Source: Haliotis rufescens (lineage: Eukaryota). Taken from it: a stretch of 64,000 bases of DNA. The translations under genes and the position numbers were made by a program. Location of the stretch: NCBI RefSeq assembly GCF_023055435.1, contig NW_025963890.1, forward strand, positions 34,472,001 to 34,536,000, written 5' to 3'. Each line of letters begins with the position of its first letter. Position 1 is the first letter of the stretch. Of this stretch, positions 27,286 through 39,820 are shown piece by piece. The notes below the pieces were generated by a model. That model had not been told where the DNA came from. It was given only the letters and a program-made list of their open reading frames with translations, and ran no database searches.

Positions 27286-27789
27286 GGGATGTACAAACCT
27301 GTCTCCGCTCGACCTGTATCATTCCGGATCTCCCCCGATTCTATCTCCTAATTGTTGGATTGGTAATTTAGAAGTTGGTGAGTAAACTCTTCTTCATATT
27401 GCTGCAGACGCGGGAAGAATTGGCTGGAGACATTGCATCCCATCTGCACATCGCTCGACCCCAATTCAATAACCAATATGGTAATCGGGGATGTAGACTT
27501 CGCATACTTATCGAGATTCTACCACGATAAACTTGACGATCAGTTTAACAGTAACTATTTTGTCCTTTAGCGAGCCCTTTGTCATGTGACATGTCACATA
27601 TAGAAAGTCAGTCTAACAGTGTAACTAAATAATATCGTATGTTTTGGGTATAACATGTCTACAACACATACATACGTTTGTAAACTGCATGTCACGCACA
27701 ATTATATTAAGGCACGAAGGTTGGCTGAAATAGGGTTTAACAATATTATTATTCTTATAAAGCGACGTCCATGTATGGATAGATGTGTG

Positions 27790-28012
27790 CGTATGCACGT
27801 GCGCGCGAGCGTGCGTGGTGTGTGCCGCAGTTTAACATGGATACCACCCTTCTAGCCGATAAGTCCTCGTTTTATCCCTTTTATGCCGAGCGCCAGAAGG
27901 TGTAACAGCATGTGCTGTCTTTCAACGTCTTATGGTTTGACGCTCCCAGAGGATCGAACCACCGACCGTCCGCTCTCCGGGGAGACACTCAGTCCACTAC
28001 ACCACAGAGACG
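27790..28012 (-). mobile_element. SINE family D (decayed)
   Basis: TGCCGCAGTTTAACATG..ATGCCGAGCGCCAG..GGATCGAACC shared with the copies at 54003, 55847 and 57835. Confidence 0.7.
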
Positions 28013-29389
28013 GTTATAAACGTACGAATAAAATGCGACTGAATCTGATATGGTTACATCGCGTTATATCTGTGATGGTTAACTGTTGTTTTGAGCAAAC
28101 CCTCAAGGTAATAGATGTCTCTTGCTCTGGACAGAAGCGGGCGACACAGGTAAGTAGGCAACACGCCGTGAAGATTTGCGCCCTTTGCCGTTCGTGTATT
28201 TAAATTTCGAATTCGCCCTTATTATGATTATTCAGCACCGCTCACACCCGTGCTCATGGGTTTCATGAAGTGATGTTAGTCTACACCGTGATATATAGGA
28301 AATACTGTTCAAAGCGGCGTTCACAGTTAATAAATCATAAAGTCTGTATTATTCAAGGATGAACGAGAACGTGTATCGTGATTTTACATTGATGTGTCTT
28401 GTTTAGACTAATGAATAGAGGCTGTATGTTACACTGAACATGTTGACAATATGGGTAAGATAAAACGACAGTTGCTCGCTTGCTCATCGTAAAACACAAA
28501 TGACACGTATTGCTGTGGTCATGGTTTTGGAATTGTACATTTTGAATATATATCATAATGCAATGTTCCAACTGATGTTTATAAAGCACAATGTAGACTT
28601 TCATATATAGCGATAAAATGTAGTGTATTTATGGGAACCTTTTCAAACCAACATGTACAACTGATAGTAACTGCAGGCTCTCCTGTTCGTTCAAGGTTAG
28701 ACTTAACCTAGTTGGCATGTTTGAATAACCCTTATACACTGTGTACATAATGATTGATATTGGACAGTTGGAATAAAGTTTATATTAGCTGGGCCTTATT
28801 ATAATTATTTGTAAGGCCTTAAATTGTAATCTATCCTGAACAGTTCTTTTTCTCAACTTCTACCACACAAATGTCCTATTGACGATAGTTCTGCATAGGT
28901 CGACCCTGATCATGACGTCAATAGCTGACACTTAAACACCCCTTGCAGTATGACTTACACAGTCTAAAAAAACTCAAGGTCGATCACCAGTATTTGAGTA
29001 TCTCTTGGTGTTGGATAGTGGTGTACATCTATACATTTCCGTGGAATAGGCGGACTTCATCCTCACTTAAAAACATAGTTCATTGAATTTAGTGATTCGT
29101 ACTGCATAGTCTGTGTCGGTAATATACAACGGAGGTCGTCTCAGGCATGCAGACCACTTACAAGTTACATATGAGCGTTATACAGCAGTAACAAAGAACG
29201 GTTGTTCTACAGCATTCCTTCATGTACATAGTCATGGTCGAGGAATCAGTTACCAGGGAAACGTTAAGAAGATGTTATTTAAAGATGTTCTCATCCTGTT
29301 TTCAATGCGTTTCAGTATATATCACGATTTTTATTAAAGCAAAATGAACGTCTACGTACACGTACACTGTAATAGCCTTAAAATGCAAA

Positions 29390-29895
29390 ACAGGCATCAC
29401 TGGCGGATTTACTGTTCAAACCGTTCTGTGGGTAGAAATATCAGGGAGCTTATTTAAGATTGATGCATGGGTTTTGTGTACATTACCCCAGAGGGTTCCA
29501 CATACACTGATAGTGATATGTTTTAATATACTGAAAACCATATCACTCTGGTTTACTTCAAATTAAAATTAATGATCCTGCTTGGATATGTTAATGCAAG
29601 GATGAAAAAGATTGCAAGATTATTGTTTCGATGACGAACATATAGTTTGAGATTTACATCTTGTTATCGATAACATGAGGCAAGAATCTGACGACGAATC
29701 AATTTTGGATGACCTTAACCTGCGAAGACAAAGGAAATCTAATGACTCTGGTCACCCAAATAACTGTGGAAATAATCTGGTTAAGTTATGTAAAAGCGAT
29801 AACATGTTCATTTGAAACGGTAGATTGGGCGAGGAAAAGATGGAAAGAAGAACCACATGTAAAGAGGGTACCATTGACTACATTATTTCCTATTT
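29390..29895 (+). mobile_element. LINE APE-endonuclease relic (CR1/L2-like)
   Basis: Decayed motifs GFVYITPEGSTY, MILLGYVNAR (GDFNAR-like), NNCGNNLVKLCKSDNMFI*NGRLG and TCKEGTIDYII. Confidence 0.72.
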
Positions 29896-30373
29896 TCTCT
29901 CACTCTCTCTCTCTCTCTCACTTAGTGTAGGTGATTTCCCCCTAGTGTTATATGATGTACATTGTCCTGTAAGTTGCGTTCTAAATTCATGTATTACAGC
30001 TGCAGAGGGTATAAATCAGGTTATCAACAATAACAAGTGTACAGACACCAGTCTACTGGCGCGCAGCCAAACAGGTTTGACAGTAGTTGAAAACACCTGA
30101 CCCAGAACTATCTAGGCAACGCGTGAAGGTCAAGGTGACTTAACCGAATTCATTCGCGGATAAGATCAAGTTGATTCTGCACGGGCTGCATTCGGAGTGT
30201 GTCCATATACGACACATACTACCACACATCGTGGTGTCGTACTACCTATTGATGCAAGAACCTATACTGTCACAAAGCGCACATGTGTAACCAGAAGATA
30301 AAACAAAATGTAATTTGCATGTGGTACCTACATCATCATGAATGAGAATATGGCACATTTCAGTTTAAATATA

Positions 30374-31933
30374 TACACAAAGAAAAATGTTCAGCACAGC
30401 CCTATTTCTGAACCATGACAAATGGCAAAAATCATGGCATGGGATGACTGACGACAGGAGATGGGCGATACCAATGTCATCGGATAGAACAAACATTTGA
30501 CAACAAATAAAGAAGATATTGGTGAGTTGTGATTGAAATTTACTGACAATAACATCATGGTAACTCAGGTACTGTTTTTGACCTTAGACAATACCTAAAA
30601 ATGGAGCTGCAGGATTAAGAAAACGAGTTACGTTTGATGTGAAAATGTTCCTTAAAGTCTCTACTTGGCATGACACGTGAAACAGATCAGCAGCGGGTAT
30701 AACCGCCACGTGCCCAGTCAGACGTTGGATCTGTTGATGGGCCAACGACAACCACTCCTGACGCAATGCTGCTTCAAATAGGCGCAAATCTTGTACCAAA
30801 GGTTCTCGTGCCTGTATGCGCCGCCCCAGAATATCCCAAACATGTTCAAGGGGGTTCAAATCTGAGATCATTACTGGCCAAGGTAGAGTGTTTTTTTCAT
30901 TGGCCTTCATGTAATCCACGGCTGCATGCGAACGATGAGGCCTGGCATTGTCATCCATGTACTGAGGTCGAGTAGCAAGAGGGTGGTTGTCAAAATGAGG
31001 AACGACTACTGGCCTCAAAAACGTCCTGGATGTACTGAGCCCCTGTTAAGTTGCCCCTTATGGTGACCAAATCCAATCTGTAATCATGAGAGATACACCC
31101 TCAAACCATTACCGAGCCCCTGCCGTTTGCAACAGTCGGTTTAATGTTCCTGGGGGTGGAGGCCGTGTTCCGGTGCCTCCAAACTCAGTGACGTGAAGCA
31201 GAAAGCGACGTTCGTCTGACCAATGGATCCGTCTCCAAGTTCTCAGATTCCAGTTCTGTCGCGAAATACATCATGCTAAACGAGCAGCATTTGTGGTGAT
31301 CTCTCAACAAGGGACGCTTTATGACTCGTCTAGCCCTCAGCCCTGCTGCTTTCAGCCGGTTCCTGACGGTTCTGGTGCTGAAACGACGATTGGGCAACCA
31401 CGGCTGTTTCAGACGAGTACTTGTTGAAACGGGTTCTCGGCGTATGAGACGAAGAAGGTCCCAGTCTTCGCGATGTGCCGTCACAGGAGGTCCTCCGGAT
31501 CTGGGGCGGTCCTGTACATCACCGGTCTGAGCATGTTTCTCGACTAAACGGCTTACGACAGTGTGATGATACCCCCAATTCCGACCAATGACATTACAAC
31601 ACATTCCTGCGTTATGCATGCAGATTATTTGCCATCTTCTGGCGTTTGATAATCGCCTTCGTGCTATGGTCACACAGTGTCATGGAATAACTGTTTAAAA
31701 CCGAGCTTAAGAAAGCAATTTTAACGTTTGGATATACTGCTTTTAGAGATACTCGAGGGTAGCATGCTGCACGGGCATGCCATGCATGGCACGTGAGCTT
31801 TCGTCATGCATGACTGATTACATCATCTCGAGAAAACATAATTCTTCCCGTTATTTTATCTTTCATGACTGTTACAAATTTTAGGACCAATAATGAAATA
31901 TATTAGTGTTTGCTTAACTTTTTTCTTTGTGTA
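30374..31933 (-). mobile_element. Full-length Tc1 transposon (third family), decayed, both TIRs present
   Basis: TIRs TACACAAAGAAAAATGTTCAGCA and (rc) TACACAAAGAAAAAAGTTAAGCA with TA flanks. ORF 31185..31673 has HTH and RPRSGGPPVT. ORF 30584..31018 has MDDNARPH and SDLNPLEHVW. Confidence 0.93.
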
Positions 31934-32539
31934 TATATGTAATATAGAAGCAGAAAACAAACTTATTATGAAAATTGTGTCGACTTTGTCATCCGTCAGA
32001 ATCAAGCATACACGCAGCTGAGGTGAGATTGGATTTATCGTCTCATTCTAGATTATTGCAAGTATAGTAAGTTCTATGGAAATGCTTCATGGAAATGCTG
32101 TATGGGGAAATAGGTCGGACAGAGCTACACTGGTACCCTGCTCTTCGTCCCCGAGCGGCTGCAGGCGAAGAGCGCAAGCGCTCTAGGCCAGGTATATCAG
32201 TTTAGGACAGGGCGTGGCTCCCTGTTATGATTTTTGCCGAATAACATAAACATGTGTAGTGTAATAATTTACAGTGAGGAATGTTCTCAAAAATATTTCC
32301 ATAATTACTTATGTCAATATGAATTTTGTATGTACGCATATCATTATACACATGTGAGACAACGATAAAGTTTGTTAATATCTTTCCAACGATTACTCAT
32401 CCCCATGGCGCATTTCACCCCCCAGGCAAGGGGAAAATCTATCCCTAGTTTTATTTTCCATTTGCACTTTACACAAATAGTGCCCACGCCACTGTAACAT
32501 ATATTTATGTTTTCACAAACCATTAATCCAATCAATGCT

Positions 32540-34443
32540 TCCAGTGAACAGTTTGACGTAATTTAAGATGGAAAAAACACACAGAAATGGAAAAGAACCA
32601 GTGTCGAACAGTTATCAAGTTTTTGACTTTTGAGAAACGTACTCCCCAAGAAATTCATGGCCCTTAGTCTTGACGTCCCTCAACTTCCATCAATAACGAT
32701 TCAAAGAAGGAGATAGAAAAAACTTATACTGTCAGATGGACGTATTACCATTGCTGAACTTGAGCAAGACACAGGTTAAAGCCATGGATCCATTGAAACT
32801 ATTATTCATGAACATTTACAGATGAATAAGACATATGCTCCTAGGGTGCCAAAGTTTCTAAATTCTGATCTTAAGCAAAAAAGAACTGACATTGCCAGAG
32901 ACAATTTCAGGATTTCATCAAATTCAAAAATAGATTAGTAACGGGCGATGAAGCATGGGCCTACCACAATGATCCCGAGTCAAAACGTCAAGCCGTGGAA
33001 TGGCACATTCCACTTCTCCGGCGCCAAAGAAATTCAAGTCTTCAAGATCAGTGAAGAAAGTTATGGCCACTGTATTCTGGAATGCAATGTATATGATCCT
33101 TGTTGATTACTTATAAAGTCAAAAGACGATTACCGGTGCCTACAATTTGCTTCATTGCCTGACAGATTCTATCAAAGAAAAGCGGCGAGGACTGCTGACT
33201 GGTGAAGTTCTACGATTCTGCTACTTCTCACACCTCTCGAGTTGGAAAGGCTGCTGTGCGACAGTGTAAGTTAGAAGAGCTTCCTCACCCTCCATACTCC
33301 CAAGATCCGGCACAAAGTGATTTCCACCTGATTCCTAAACTGAATGATACTTTTATCAACATAGATGATACATACATTAAGATGATACTATATTCTACGT
33401 AGATGATACATTGTACTTTCATCTAGGTAGATGATCTACGTAAAAGATACTTTCATCTAGGTAACAATATTTTTTCGAGTAATCAACACTAGTTCCGGGT
33501 CAGTTATATATAACCCCTGGTTTAATTAATAATGATCAATTTGTTTGACGTTCTACCTTGACATTATTTATTGAGGTATTATCTTAACATTGCATGAAGT
33601 AAATCTTCATTTCAATGTGTCAAAGTTGATGTGATCTAGAATGGCACACGGCCCACTCTCTCACAACCTTAATAATGAGATGAGAGCACAAAATGTTCTT
33701 CAAACTACAAACAACTACAGATCATTGTTAATAGATTTAGCGAAATTAGATATCAACCATAACATAAGCCGGATAAATAACTCTAATATGTTGATCCACA
33801 TGATTTCTCCATTACGTAAACTACGTTAAGAGGTAAGACGTGAATATGAAGGGGAAAGAATCACTCAAACTATAAACCTATATCAAACCAATACTCGTCA
33901 TCAGCCTATAAAGCACTGATCGAAGGTGCGATTCTGCAGTTTGTGTTTATATATTAGTGCTGATAGATTGACAAGTTGTAATGGTCTCGGTATGTTGTAA
34001 AAATACGGCGAAGGTCAAATGAAAATAAACGACCAACATGTTCCCAAACTATAATTTAATTAACTGTAATTAAGTAATCACCGTTATTTAAATATAAATG
34101 TTTGTATAATTTTGTATACAACTAGGGTCGCGACTGCACAAGACAATGTCACTGTCTGAGTAACGATACGTACGATTTTAATATCTCAGACGGAGATGAA
34201 AGTATTATCTACGTAGATGATAAAAATATTAGACTGTGGCACGAATACGCTTCTATAGTGAATGTGTTCTTCAGGGTGGCTTCAGAAAACTTCTCCCTAA
34301 CTGGAATTGAAATTAAAGCTTCACTATTTAAATGGGAAGTGTGTTGAAAAGCAGGGATATTATGCTGAAAAATATAATTAAAATCACTTTCACAATTGTT
34401 AGTTTTGTTTGTTAGGCTTAGAACTTTTTGACCAGCCCTCGTA
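32540..34443 (+). mobile_element. mariner (DD34D) transposon relic with ~0.9-kb insertion
   Basis: MEKNQCRTVIKFL at 32587, RVPKFL (WVP-like), LVTGDEAWAYH and PHPPYSQDPAQSDFHLIPKL (YSPDLAPSDF-like). The C-terminus resumes at ~34260-34376. Right TIR rc TACGAGGGCTGGTCAAAAAGTTC ends at 34443. The insert at ~33345-34260 has imperfect inverted ends (GATACTTTCATCT / AGATGAAAGTAT). Confidence 0.85.
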
Positions 34444-34947
34444 CTGTTAGTTTGTGAAACTGTAAGTTAACAAGTGCTTATGATTGTGCAGGGTTTATAA
34501 TTTTGTAATGTTTTCATATCATACTAAATGAATTATAACAATTTCTATTTGCTTTTTTCTTGTGACATTTTTACTATTATCTTACATGTAATACATTAAC
34601 CATATCAAAACTAGATTTGCAGCCCAACATATAATTAAATACACCAGAAATTGATGAAGCTAGGGTTATTGTCACTAGTATAATTCCTGTTTCAGATGAT
34701 TATTCATTTCCTTGTGAGGTTCTGCATTGCAACAGATCTGTGAGATAGTTTTCTAATTTTGCAACGTTGACGGGAATATCTCAGTTTTAATTTCAAGTAT
34801 GATGGGCTTCTTTTTGGTTTGGTCATGGTTCATACATGTGTAACTACAACGTAAGATTCAGCGACAGATTAATACTTTTCAGTGAGATGAGTATGATCGT
34901 GGAGTGACGTATGATCTCAATCTTACCGTGTATACGTACGTGTCAAT

Positions 34948-35976
34948 AGAGGTTATCACGCGAGTGTGTTTGGGGATGGTAAATATCCTGCATTAGGAAT
35001 AAACATTGTATTTAGCGAGCCTTGCGAGCTAAATACATAGTGTTTATTCCTAATAACAAGGCTCGCTAAATACAATGTTTATTCCTAATGCAGGATATTT
35101 ACCATCCCCAAACACACTCGCGTGATAACCTCTTTATCATATAATGTCATTCTTTACTTCTGTGCTTTAAAATCGCTTTCCCTCTCTCACAAACATTACC
35201 GAAACATTGCGAGTTTTCCTGGAATGCGCGCATATATTTTTTATTGCGTCACAGGGTAAGTGATGTGTCAGTCGGACAGTGACAGTAGCCAATATAGTTC
35301 CAACTGAAATCTGTTTCTTATACATTGGCGAAGCAACGTATTAGCAAAACAACAGTTGTTTTTAATTGCCTTTCGCGGCAATCCATCGGTCTGTCCGCTA
35401 GAGTAACTGCCCTTTGTCAAAGGGAAGCTACTCTAACCCTACTCTATGAGACATCACGGCCACGGTCAGACGTTGTTGACAGTCGGTCTGTCCTGTCATA
35501 ATGTTAAGAAGTGTAGTCAGATGTCCACACAGCGACAAAACGAAACAAGGTAACAATTCAAACATATTTCGGCCAAATCCAACTATTTTAATTTGTGGAG
35601 AAGGTTTCAAGCCGCAGAGGTTTGCAAGCGCAGATATGGCTACTGATCCCGCTTGGCAAGGCCTCCTACCCTCGCAAAATTGTTTCGAAATTTATCTCTA
35701 AAGTTGCCAAAACTTATAAAATGCCTTAGCTACGTCACATTTAGACACTGTTTTTTCAGTATATTAGACCGTTCTTTTGATAATGATAGCAATTATCCCT
35801 GTAGTTTATCAAGATTCCCGATGGTTAATTCTGACTCGATCGCCGAATGACGAGGGCGACGCCATGTTTGTTTATAAACAGTGAAAGTAGTCCTACTTGA
35901 CCTTTGATATTTGCATCTCTATCGTTTTTATCCGTTGGCTTTATCCTGCCGAGAAACCTACCCATTATATGATAAA
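34948..35976. mobile_element. Non-autonomous foldback-type element: 77-bp perfect inverted repeat (34948-35024 / 35057-35133) plus a 14-bp IR pair (TTTATCATATAATG ~35133; CATTATATGATAAA ~35963)
   Basis: Inverted arms read directly; no coding capacity seen; class assignment is inference. Confidence 0.65.
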
Positions 35977-38138
35977 GACGATCTATTAATCAACGTGCTA
36001 TTGGATTGCGAGAAAATGAGTGCAATATTGTAACTGTTCACCAAAACCTAATAGTGGCCTTTAAGGCGAATTGCACTGTAGAAAGCGTGCGCACTGTAGG
36101 CATTTACAGATGGCACTGTAACAGGAGGTATTGATGATGAGGGTGTAGCATAAAACATTGTTACATTGAATTGCAATATGAAAAAGTAGGGTCATTTTTC
36201 TTTTGAACTTATGAACTGAACACAATTATCCAGTGGGGAGACGTTTTTCCAACTATCACGAGTATGAGTTGTTTGTTAATATGCCGTGTTTTAACTGAAA
36301 TACTGTTAAAAGGCGTTAAACCTCACTCACTCACTCCCTCCCTTGGCGGACGGTAACTTACTATTGAGTCCTAGTGTTTAAAAAGGTGGCTATGCTCTCA
36401 GTATAACACACTATTATATGACGCTATTTCGCGATAGGTTTGATAAACATTTACTGTATTTGTATAATTAACCACATACATACAAAACACGAACGAAGCT
36501 CTTGTAATACAACACATACTTGGCCATGATATACGAACATATACTTACAAACTGCTTTTAAAGTGGGTCACATGGTTTATGCATATTTTTCTAAAGGCAT
36601 AAAGAGACAACCCTGTCTTGCCGGAATTGCTTGTGTTATATCAGTAACAGAAGGGTGCATTTTATTATTTTCGATTTGCAACCACGATCTCCTTTTCAAA
36701 GTATCTATGTAATGCTATATATATACCAAGGTCAGGTTGACAAGTTGAAGAACGAGGTGAACTAGTCTGACGTAGATCTAAACGATTGAACTTTGCCCAA
36801 TGTTTTCGACGGCGGTAATACCCAAACTCTGATGTAATGATCCATATATACACACAAGTAATGTGTACGTAGAGTCCGCTCATCGTCGTCAGGGTCTTAC
36901 TCAACCGCTGTTGGTGATTGTCTTGGTATCAAGTTTCTTTACCCTCTGAGTCTGCTGTCGTTGTCAGAGCGTTCATTGTAAGTATTATCAATCTCTTATT
37001 ATTTTAGCTGTATGCTTGTTTCATTAAGTAAATGTTTTACATGGGTTCCAGTAATCTTTTATATCTACCACTACCCTACTAAAGTCCAACTGATGAGACA
37101 ACGTGGCCACTGCATAGGCCTTTCAAACCTGAGACTCATGGAAATTCGCAGCCCAAGCAAATGTTTTTACAAATCCAAAACCTACAATCGTGCGATGTAC
37201 ATCAACGTAGCAGGTGACTACTCACAGATACTGAGTCCATCTATTCTGAAACACTTACTTTGCAACAATGTGTATTGTTAGCGTTGACTTTCTGCGAACC
37301 CAGCAATCTGCATAAACCAAATACTTTTGCCAGATTTCAGGATACATTTCCTAACTTTGTTCTATTTTATCTGAGTTTTCGGTTTTCCCTAGAAACTGAT
37401 TTAAACCTTTTTTAACCAGGTATTTCATAAGTCACAAACTTAGTATTAGGTAAATCATGTTAATCATATCAGGTAAAACATGCAGTGGTCTTTTATTGAG
37501 GATCGTGCAGCACTATCTTGCACTATCGACAACAGCAGTCTATCAATAATGAAACTTAAACCTCCACGATAGGTTGAACCCATGGTTCTGTAGTTCTCCT
37601 TACTAAAACAGAAACCTGTGATCGTGAGCTCGAACCCATGATTCGCACTGATTTCTTAGTTGAAAGAACCATATCAGTACTCGATTATACACCAAAGTTG
37701 GAAATGTCTAAAACCTCTATCACGTCAAGCTGACTGAAAAACTGTCTAAGAGCGGTCTTAAACAAAACTCATTCACACACTTCTATTGATTTATCTGAAA
37801 CTAAAAGGCTTAAGTTTGTGTCAGTCAGACATTATATCTATCACCTAATATGCAAAAATGTCCACCTGAATCGGGGACTGGAATATGCATTGTTGATGTT
37901 CCAGAAACAAAGGTACAGGGAAATCGAAATGAGAAGTCATGATCACGACACAGAGTCTCCATACGCCCGTTAATCATATGGTAAGCATATCTTGACATCT
38001 GTTTATAAGAACTTAACATAAAATAAAACGATTTGAGGGACACATGTCTCATTAAATTGTTGCGTTCCATTATTTTGAATTCCTTACAAAATCTACTGAT
38101 GAAACGATTGATTTATCATATTCCTTACAGGCTTTCCA

Positions 38139-39820
38139 ATGAATCACGTGATTTAGCATGTACATTGCGTGCTTACCTAACACTTGAATTCATCGATATC
38201 TAATCCTGTAAAACATTGAGAATGAATGTGCCATATTTTTGTCTTCTAGACTTTGGCGCTGTTCTCAGTCTTGGTAATAGCAGCACACGCAGGTAAATAT
38301 ATTATTCAACATTTTGTCCTACTGTTGTTACTTGATAAAGTAGTGAATAAAATCAATTATTATGGTATTAATATAAACTGAAAAAGTTAGGGATCATGAA
38401 TAAAAATAATTTGTAGTGAAGAGTGAGCACTCAATTTTATAAAAAAATATCACCCAAAATATTCATGATCCTTTTTTTGTATTAAGTATAGTTCAAGATA
38501 AATGTGTTCAATCTTACCATTACAGGCGTTACCAGCGTACAGAGTCTCCGCTGTGTTAGATGGGATGGTGGTCAGTGTGTGGAGTGTTACTATGGGAGGT
38601 ATGGGCGTCAGTGTGAGAGGACATGTACCAACTGCTGGACCACTGGGTGTTATAAGGATACGGGGATCTGTGAACAGTGTGTGCCGGGTAAACACGGAAG
38701 ACACTGTAGCACTAGATGTCCTGACAACTGTAGACCGGGTAGGGACGGGACTGTGAACTGTGATCGTTATAGTGGGAGATGCCAGGAGGGGTGTAGGGTA
38801 GGTTGGTGGGGAGACACGTGTAATGATCAATGTAATAGTAACTGTGAGGGTGGAGCATGCCATCAAACATCAGGTCATTGTATCGGTGACTGTAGGGCGG
38901 GATGGCATGGCCAAAGCTGTCATAAAAGATGTTCTGTTGGTTGTGTAAGTGACACATGCGCATGTATAACAGGGAAATGTCAGGACGGGTGCAAGCCTGG
39001 GTATTTTGGTGAAACGTGTGAAGAAGAATGTGATGCCAACTGTATGGATGGTGAGTGTGATATGAATGGGAGGTGCGGAGCTTGTGAAGACGGGTTTAGA
39101 GGCAACACTTGTCATGAAACATGCCCGATAAACTGCTTGATATGTGAACAAGACACGGGAAGCTGTACAAAATGTAAAATGAGATGGACTGGAATTTCCT
39201 GTACTGACAGAACAACATCAGAGACTGGCCAAAATCCCCTGATTAAATCACAAAATTCTCAAGATTCACCCATAGGTATGTGCATGTACAAATCATTAAT
39301 ATAAATGTTACAACTTAACCTTATTTATTTGCAACAGCTAGTTATTAACAATTTATTGCAAACCATATCTTATTCAATAATCTTTTACCCAATCCTATGG
39401 AGCAATTATATGTATGTGTTAGGAAAAAGCACAGATAACGTGAAGGAATCCTGTCAAATAACGACATTTGCCGTTTGCTGAAATGACAAGTGCATCTGTT
39501 ATTTATGTATACATGGTACCTTATGTCCCCCTACCCTTGTTTCAGGTGTCGGATGCGAGACAAGCTGCGGTGACGCATTGCTACTCATGGTTTCTGTTAT
39601 GGTTACTTTATTGACAAACATTGATGTTTCATATAACATTGGTATAGTAGCCAACATATTTATAGCTTATTTTCTTGCAATACAGAAGCTTTTACAATCG
39701 AATTATGACGCATGTCTAAAGAGAGCATATCATGGTTATACACTGGTTATACACATATTTGTAAATTGGCGGTTCCAAAGGCCGTCAATATCAAGTGTAC
39801 ATCCAGCACAGACCAGATAA
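38139..39820 (+). CDS. G4: EGF-like-repeat surface protein with hydrophobic anchor and extended C-terminal tail, ~358 aa; exons 38139-38147, 38250-38292, 38526-39275, 39546-39820
   Basis: MNH|TLALFSVLVIAAHA|GVTSVQSLRC, EGF repeats in ORF 38504..39304. The terminal exon is in frame with ORF 39578..39820 (LLLMVSVMVTLL...IFVNWRFQRPSISSVHPAQTR*). The first coding exon uses a weak donor (GTGATT). Confidence 0.85.

Noticed and set aside
26249-27385. 378-aa (A/V)MSRQ-repeat ORF as a real protein
   Set aside because: It is the translation of a 15-bp minisatellite, with a TTG start, no splice context and no non-repeat domain.
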